DNA of 46,385 bases, from NCBI GenBank assembly GCA_038240335.1, contig JBBSDV010000002.1, positions 1 to 46,385 on the forward strand. Direction: 5' to 3'. This stretch comes from Dehalococcoidia bacterium. GTDB taxonomy: Bacteria > Chloroflexota > Dehalococcoidia > DSTF01 > JACRBR01. Shown piece after piece: positions 38,795 to 46,385 of this stretch. How positions within the stretch are numbered: position 1 is the first letter of the stretch; every line of letters starts with the position of its first letter. The position numbers were made by a program, and so were the translations under genes. Below the pieces are notes generated by a model that saw nothing but the letters and a program-made list of their open reading frames with translations, ran no database searches and was not told the DNA's origin.

Positions 38795-39702
38795 CCGTTG
38801 TTGAAAGCCGCAGCAGCGAGCTCGAAGGCATGGACGAAGTTCGCGTTGAAGCATTGCACGACGTCGCGCGCATTCGCCGCATCCTCGAGCAGCGTCGGCC
38901 GTACGCGGCCTATGCTCTCGGCCAGCTCGAACCGCCCCTCTTCCGGCTCACTGATTGGCGTCTCGGCACAGGCGCCGCGAACGAGGCGCTCGTGCTCCAT
39001 GCGCGCGGCGGCCTCGGTAACGCCACCTTCGCCATGGGCGAGACGCGTGCGCTCGACGCTATCCTCAGCGTCCATCCCGGCTCGCGCAACACGTTCCTCA
39101 CCTGCGAGGTCCATCACCTCGACGCCGTGCTGCTGCATTTTGATCTCGATCAGCGCCAGACGATGATCCGCATGCAGGTGACCGCCGACACGCTGCGGCC
39201 CGCCGTCGGCCCCGTCCGCCGCCTTCGAGGTACCGATGCCCGCGAGATTAATCGGCTCTATCGCACGGACGGCGTGCCGTCGTTCTATTCGCCTCGGCAG
39301 ATCGAGGAGGGGGTGTACTTCGGCGCCGAGGAGGACGAACGGCTGATCGCCGTCGCCGGCACGCACGTCATCTCGCACAACAGCGCGATCGCCGTCGTCG
39401 GCAACGTCTACACACACCCACGGCACCGCGGCCGTCACCTCGCGCAAGCCGCTACATCGGCCGTCACCGCGCAGCTCCTCAAGTTCTGCCGCGACGTCGT
39501 GCTGAGCGTTGACCCGACCAACCTCGCCGCCGTCCGCGCCTACGAGCGACTCGGCTACGTCGAGGTCGCGCGCCTCATCGAAGGGGCAGCGACGCGTCGC
39601 GACGCTCTCGGCCTGTCGACGGCGGCGCGCCGCTTGGCCGCCCGCATCCACGGCCGCGGCAGCGGCGCCGAGACCGTCCGCCTAGCGTCGCCTATCGAGT
39701 GA
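38791..39702 (+). CDS. GNAT acetyltransferase (FR47-like C-terminal domain)
   Basis: VYTHPRHRGRHLA and N..AVRAYERLGY motifs. Confidence 0.8.
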   Translation: MTVVESRSSELEGMDEVRVEALHDVARIRRILEQRRPYAAYALGQLEPPLFRLTDWRLGTGAANEALVLHARGGLGNATFAMGETRALDAILSVHPGSRNTFLTCEVHHLDAVLLHFDLDQRQTMIRMQVTADTLRPAVGPVRRLRGTDAREINRLYRTDGVPSFYSPRQIEEGVYFGAEEDERLIAVAGTHVISHNSAIAVVGNVYTHPRHRGRHLAQAATSAVTAQLLKFCRDVVLSVDPTNLAAVRAYERLGYVEVARLIEGAATRRDALGLSTAARRLAARIHGRGSGAETVRLASPIE

Positions 39703-39780
39703 CGTCAAGGCCGGCGTTCCAACGTGAGACGAGAGATGCGCGTTTCCAATCAGCAACGTTTCAGCTCAAACGATGTTTGA

Positions 39781-41115
<1,335 letters not shown>

Positions 41116-41216
41116 GTCCGTGGGATGCGGGAAGTGACGTCACAAAGGATCCGACGTGAGATCCTGATCCCGCCTCTCACATCCCGCTTCCGGCATCCAG
41201 CTTCAGGAGGAACACA

Positions 41217-42458
41217 GTGACGACGACATTCATGAGCGCGGAGAAGCTCAGCCTTACCTCAGAGTCCGTGACCGAGGGTCATCCGGACAAGATGTGCGAC
41301 CAGATCAGCGATGCGGTGCTCGACTGCATCCTCAAGGACGACCCGATGGGGCGCGTCGCATGCGAGACCGCATGCACGACCGGCCTCGTCATGGTGATCG
41401 GCGAGATCACGACGACGACCTACGTTGACATTCCGACCGTCGTCCGCGAGACCGTGCGCGACATCGGCTACAACAGCCAGCACTACGGCTTCGACTGGGA
41501 GACGTGCGGCGTCGTCGTCTCCATCAAGGAGCAGTCTGGCGATATCGCGATGGGCGTCGACAAATCGCTCGAAGCGAAGGAGGGCGCCGGCCTCAAGGAT
41601 GATCTCGATACCGGCGCCGGCGACCAGGGCATGATGGTCGGCTTCGCCTGCAACGAGACTCCGGAGTACATGCCACTCACGATCGCTCTCGCCCATCGCC
41701 TCTGCCAGCAGCTCGCCGCCGTGCGCAAGAGCGGCGCGCTGCCGTACCTGCGGCCCGACGGTAAGTCACAGGTCACCGTCGAGTACGAGCGCGGCAAGCC
41801 AAAGCGCATCGACACCGTCGTCATCTCGACGCAGCACGATCCCGACATCTCGCGCGAGGCGCTGCAGAACGATGTGCTGGAGCAGGTGATCAAGCCGGTT
41901 CTCCCGCCCGAGCTCGTGAACCAGGCGCCGCGGGCCTTCATCAATCCGACCGGCCGTTTCGTCATCGGCGGGCCGATGGGCGATGCCGGCCTGACGGGCC
42001 GGAAGATCATCGTCGACACCTACGGCGGCATCGCCCGTCACGGTGGCGGCGCGTTCAGCGGCAAGGATCCGACAAAGGTCGATCGTTCGGCGGCGTACGC
42101 CGCGCGCTACGTCGCAAAGAACATCGTCGCCGCCGGTCTCGCCGACCGCTGCGAGCTGCAGCTGTCGTACGCCATTGGCGTCGCCCATCCGACATCGATC
42201 TCCGTTGAGACATTCGGCACGGGCCGCATCGACGACGATCGCATCCTGGCGCTCATCAACAAGCACTTCGACCTGCGCCCCGCGGCGATCATCCGGGACC
42301 TGCGCCTCCGCCGCCCGATCTACCGCGCGACGGCTGCGTACGGACACTTCGGCCGTCACGACATCGATGCACCGTGGGAGCTTACGGACAAGGCCGACGT
42401 GCTCCGAGAAGAGGCCGGCATCAAGGCCGCCGCCGGAAGCGCGACTGCGGGCGCGTAG
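41217..42458 (+). CDS. metK: S-adenosylmethionine synthetase
   Basis: [17 protein letters not shown] and [16 protein letters not shown] motifs. Confidence 0.98.
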   Translation: MTTTFMSAEKLSLTSESVTEGHPDKMCDQISDAVLDCILKDDPMGRVACETACTTGLVMVIGEITTTTYVDIPTVVRETVRDIGYNSQHYGFDWETCGVVVSIKEQSGDIAMGVDKSLEAKEGAGLKDDLDTGAGDQGMMVGFACNETPEYMPLTIALAHRLCQQLAAVRKSGALPYLRPDGKSQVTVEYERGKPKRIDTVVISTQHDPDISREALQNDVLEQVIKPVLPPELVNQAPRAFINPTGRFVIGGPMGDAGLTGRKIIVDTYGGIARHGGGAFSGKDPTKVDRSAAYAARYVAKNIVAAGLADRCELQLSYAIGVAHPTSISVETFGTGRIDDDRILALINKHFDLRPAAIIRDLRLRRPIYRATAAYGHFGRHDIDAPWELTDKADVLREEAGIKAAAGSATAGA

Positions 42459-42481
42459 CCGATCTTCGTTCCGGCTGTCAT

Positions 42482-42520
42482 CGCGAGAGCGCCGGCCCAA
42501 TAGCGGCCGGCGCTCTCGCG
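42482..42520. terminator. Hairpin between convergent genes
   Basis: 16-bp perfect stem CGCGAGAGCGCCGGCC-N7-GGCCGGCGCTCTCGCG. Confidence 0.7.
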
Positions 42521-42545
42521 TATCAAATCCGGCGTAGTGGAGGCG

Positions 42546-44714
42546 CTACGGAGCGACGCTGATCATCGCGGCCCTCGCGTTGTAGCTGTACGCGGTGGCC
42601 CAGCCTGGCGAGAATACGCCGACTCGCACCGTGTAGACGCCGGACGGAAGATTTGGCGGCGTCGTCCAGCGAAATGTATAGTCGTGCCACACGTTCCCCT
42701 GCATAAACCGGTTATCGAGGAACGCCTGGTACACCTTGGTTCCTGAGGCGTTGTATACCTCCATATCGACGAGCGCGTAGGTCGTCTGGCTCGGTAGCAC
42801 TCGGGCCGTGACCAACGCCGTTCCGCCGCCGCGAATCGGGAACAACGGTGACAGATTCGCCGACGCGCTGAACGCAAGGCCGCTCGAAGCCGCCGTTGCC
42901 GTCGCCGTCGCTCCGCTCGCGGGTGTCGAGGTTCGGGTCGGCGCTGCAATCGGCGTCGACGTGCGCGTCGCTGTCGGCGCGGGCTGCACCGTCCGGGTCG
43001 GGGTCGGCGCCGTCTCGCCACCTGAAAGCGACATCGCGCCGGTAGCGTAGTACGCCTTTACCTGTTGCACCAAGTAGCCCCCATCGTCGTCAGCACTGAT
43101 CGACAGGGCGTTGTTGCCGTTGATCGCTGCCGGGTTCGTGACGCCGTCGCCCTCGCCGTCGCACGCGCACGTCGTGCCGCTGGCACCGCCGCCGAACATG
43201 AACGCGATGACACCAGCATCGCGGTACGCCGTCAGGTGCGCCCGCGTTGCATCGTCGAGCAGCCATTCGACATGATTGTCCTGGTAGTGGCCCGTCGTGT
43301 TGTTGACCGCGCGCATCTTCGTATTGCCGAGCGGGATCTGCCACATGACGATGCGCGTGTGCGACAGCGCCGAAAACTTTCCGAGCATGCGGACGTTGCG
43401 CGCATAGTCGCCGGTGTCCCACCAACCCGCACCGCCGTCGCCCAACACGTACTGCTTGTACCCGGCGTCGCGGTCGCTCGCATCGACGAACGTTACGTCG
43501 AAGTGCGCGCCCAGCGAGTTGTAGAAGTTCGCCGCTTTCGCGCTCAATGCATCGAGCGTCGTGTCGCTCGGATTGCCGAGGACGACGTCGGCGCCGGCGC
43601 CCCAGATACTCATGTGGTAGCCGAGGACGACGTTCGGCGCGTAGGTGTCGCGCAGCTTGACGATCGCCCGTGCGAAGCCGCTGGCGTTATCAGGCAGGCC
43701 TGCGAGGTCCGCGAGCCCCGTCGACCCGACCTGCACCGGCACCGTTGCCCCGTTGTCGCTCGTCGCGTGCTGCTCGATGAAGCCCCAGAGATCGGGTTCG
43801 TCGTGCAGCACCACCTTCGTGTTCGGGAAGGCGCCGGCGCGCTGGAAGAACAGCTTCATGTCGTTGTAGTACGACTGCATCGTCGACGTGTTGACCAGGT
43901 TGTTGTATACGCCGCCAGGTTCGCCCTGCGAATTCCCGGGCGCTGACTGATACATCATGTAGTAGCTGAAGACCGGCGTGATGCCGCTGTTCACGGAGTC
44001 CTGGATGTAGTTCGTGACGAAGCCGCCGTTCGCGCCCCACGTTGCCCAGCCCGCACCCGTGTTCACCCCGCCCGCGAGGTACTGATACCGGAAGCCGTAC
44101 GCCGCGTTCGCCCGCATCCCCGCCGCGCCGTTCGAGCCGCTTGCCAGACCGATCTGTAGCGAGTTCGGCCATCCCGTCGGCAGGGGCGCACCGGAGCCAC
44201 CGGCGCCCGCCGGTGTCGGCGTCGCCGGCAACACGTTGGTCGCCGTCGCGGCCGCGCCGCCCGTCACGGAGAACGACGCCGCGGTCGCGTTCCAATGGAT
44301 GCTCGACGTCCAGCCTGTGCCGAACACACCGACCGAGACGTCGTAGGCACCGCTCGCAGATCCGATTGGCGCCGACCACGTCGTCGTGAACGACCGCTGC
44401 TGGTTCGCGGTAAACGCCTGGTCGAAGGCCTTCTGCAGTACCTTCGCGCCCGACGCGTCGTAGATCTCGATATCGACCACTGCGGAGCGCGTCGTGCTGC
44501 TGGTGACCAGCGCGGTGGCCGTGATGGTACCGCCCGCCGCGATGGAGCCGGGCGTGATCGACGCGGAGGTCGTGAAGCCGCCGCTGTTCATCGCCGCCGC
44601 CTCGCCCGAACGCTCTCGTTGCGAGAGCGGTACAAGAACGGCGGCGAGCACGAGCGCGACGACGGCGCTACGGGTGAGCAGCGAACGGGCACGAAACGAC
44701 GTGGTTTGAAACAC
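42546..44714 (-). CDS. Secreted putative glycoside-hydrolase-like protein flanked by duplicated Ig-like modules
   Basis: AAGGAG then GTG; signal peptide; two homologous beta modules of about 105 aa; central domain with HDEPD. Confidence 0.65.
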   Translation of the reverse strand: MFQTTSFRARSLLTRSAVVALVLAAVLVPLSQRERSGEAAAMNSGGFTTSASITPGSIAAGGTITATALVTSSTTRSAVVDIEIYDASGAKVLQKAFDQAFTANQQRSFTTTWSAPIGSASGAYDVSVGVFGTGWTSSIHWNATAASFSVTGGAAATATNVLPATPTPAGAGGSGAPLPTGWPNSLQIGLASGSNGAAGMRANAAYGFRYQYLAGGVNTGAGWATWGANGGFVTNYIQDSVNSGITPVFSYYMMYQSAPGNSQGEPGGVYNNLVNTSTMQSYYNDMKLFFQRAGAFPNTKVVLHDEPDLWGFIEQHATSDNGATVPVQVGSTGLADLAGLPDNASGFARAIVKLRDTYAPNVVLGYHMSIWGAGADVVLGNPSDTTLDALSAKAANFYNSLGAHFDVTFVDASDRDAGYKQYVLGDGGAGWWDTGDYARNVRMLGKFSALSHTRIVMWQIPLGNTKMRAVNNTTGHYQDNHVEWLLDDATRAHLTAYRDAGVIAFMFGGGASGTTCACDGEGDGVTNPAAINGNNALSISADDDGGYLVQQVKAYYATGAMSLSGGETAPTPTRTVQPAPTATRTSTPIAAPTRTSTPASGATATATAASSGLAFSASANLSPLFPIRGGGTALVTARVLPSQTTYALVDMEVYNASGTKVYQAFLDNRFMQGNVWHDYTFRWTTPPNLPSGVYTVRVGVFSPGWATAYSYNARAAMISVAP

Positions 44715-45097
44715 GATAGGCACTCCTTGACTGGCATGGGCGGCGAGGGGCGCGCGGAAACGCACCCATCTCCATGTCGATGTGTGTCAGTCAGAGCGAA
44801 GCTATGGCACGGTGAAGCGCTGCATGTAGCACACTCCCATCGGCGCCGCAGACGAGTCGTCTGCACGCGGTTGACCCCACAGAGATCTTCGGACACCGCG
44901 GGCGGCGTCGTGAGCACTTCCTGTGCGCGATAGCGGTTTGGGGTCAGTAATCGGGCCATATCCAGCCCGCGTCGTAGGGGGTGACCCTGAAGCCTACCCC
45001 ACGTTGCCGAAGCCTTGCAACGTCGGCCTACCACCTTTCGGCGACATAACACCAAGCCATGTGAGAGGGCGGCGTCCGAATAGACGGTGAGGCGAAC

Positions 45098-45124
45098 TCG
45101 TTATGTAATCGTTTAGCACTTTTC
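45098..45124 (-). repeat. Third, inverted copy of the 8.6 kb motif
   Basis: GAAAAGTGCTAAACGATTACATAACGA, identical to 8673-8699. Confidence 0.9.
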
Positions 45125-45611
45125 GGTGTTTCGGTGGAGCGGAGCGGCCCGGTGGCGCGTCGGCGATGCCTCGCGCTCGCCAGCGCCGCTCAGAATCGCA
45201 CTGATTCTCCCACGCATTGCCGCCGAACTCCGAGCAGGCCAACACACGCGAGGAGGGCGAGTGGGGCGCTGCGCTCGGAGGGCGGGTTGTAGAAGGGGTG
45301 CCGCGTCCAGGTGCTTCATTGTTGCAGTCGGCAAGGTCGTCGAGGACCGCGGCGCCTTCCACCGTCCGGCGACGCACGACGCGTGCAGGCGGCAGGTTCA
45401 AAGGAGTTGACATTCGACAAAGATCTAGCTCGCAGGGAAAATAGGTACACGATGTACCCGTGTAGCTCTTGACAACATCGCCGCCGTAGCAGATGATACG
45501 CCCCAAGCCGCAAACGTGGGGAGCGGCCACATCCGTTCGGTCATCCGTAAAGCAAGCGAGCGCCCCCGCGCCCGCCAAGCATTGCCGCGCGCAGCGCGGG
45601 GGGAGTTTGAG

Positions 45612-46213
45612 TTGAGAAGAAACAACGACCCAAGGCGTCGAAGAGGTCTTCGGGAGTTCCCGCGACTTGTAGTCGTCGCATTGGCGTCGCTCGTAATCGC
45701 GTTGACTCTGCTGGTGTTCCAGTCTGATCGATCCCCTTCCACGGCGCACGCGTTCGGCTTAATCACGATAAGCGATATCGGGGGGAGTGACATACACGGC
45801 GGGTATGGCCCGACCTCGGGTGGCACGTATTCTGGCGGTGCTACCGGTAGGGTGACGATCCTTGGGGACGGGTTCACTGGCGCGGATCAAGTGAAATTCG
45901 GTTCATCGATAGTGCCTACGTCCGATTTCTCGGTTCTGAACGACCACGTGATTACTGCCGTGCCGCCGAGCCACGGAACTGCGGAGGGTGTGGATGTCCA
46001 GGTGTATGCGCCATTTAGCGTATTCTTCGGGCCTTGCTTCTTACCGATACCGTGCCCAAATGCGTATTACTACACGTCCGATACCGACCTACATCTGTCG
46101 CTACCGGTCGCGGTAATCGTCCCGCACACCACGGCGACGGTTGGCCCGGTCGAGCTCGGTTTCAAACTGGAGGCAACCGACGCTCCTCCGACGGTGGACG
46201 GCCATGTGCGACT
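45612..46213 (+). pseudogene. Secreted IPT/TIG-domain protein, interrupted by an IS3 element
   Basis: Signal peptide ending AHA; VTILGDGFTGADQVKFG...ITAVPP; frame runs into the IS terminus at 46214. Confidence 0.65.
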
Positions 46214-46385
46214 TGAGGTTCCCCCGGTTTGCCGGACGGGTGCGTTCTTGGCGCATCATGCCGCATGCGTCGGTGCGGTGTACAGGCGTTCGTGCTCGAC
46301 CGGGCTGTGATAGGCGATCCGTGAGTGTCGGCGGCGCGGGTTGTACCACGCCTCGATCCACTCGAAGATCGCAGAGGCCAGTTCC
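46214..46385 (-). mobile_element. IS3-family insertion sequence, right end (partial)
   Basis: Terminus TGAGGTTCCCCCGGTTTGCCGGAC (5'-TG rule), downstream of a transposase stop. Confidence 0.85.
46256..46384 (-). CDS. IS3 transposase OrfB C-terminus (partial)
   Basis: ELASAIFEWIEAWYNPRRRHSRIAYHSPVEHE. Confidence 0.9.
   Translation of the reverse strand, partial: ELASAIFEWIEAWYNPRRRHSRIAYHSPVEHERLYTAPTHAA

Overview
High-GC bacterial chromosomal window; gene style and content suggest Chloroflexota/Dehalococcoidia-like, which is inference only. Backbone genes: CopC-CopD-cytochrome c fusion, GltD/NfnB-like oxidoreductase, Zur-regulated ABC operon ending in an L,D-transpeptidase, hflX, cimA with a leader peptide, VOC genes, an ABC exporter, tRNA-Asn, an APH kinase/acyl-CoA dehydrogenase pair, thrB, and a SAM-I riboswitch-controlled mtnA-mtnP-GNAT-ahcY-metK operon. 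An IS3 end interrupts a secreted-protein gene at the right edge. The most unusual part is the accessory region at about 4.1-8.7 kb. It holds (i) a self-contained small transcript that starts with a 13-nt complement of the 16S 3' end, (ii) a five-gene operon with two Cys-rich exported proteins followed by three diverged paralogous membrane proteins, an effector/immunity-like layout, and (iii) two dispersed repeat families that recur at 31.6 kb and 45.1 kb. Start codons were re-chosen by eye and no database searches were run.
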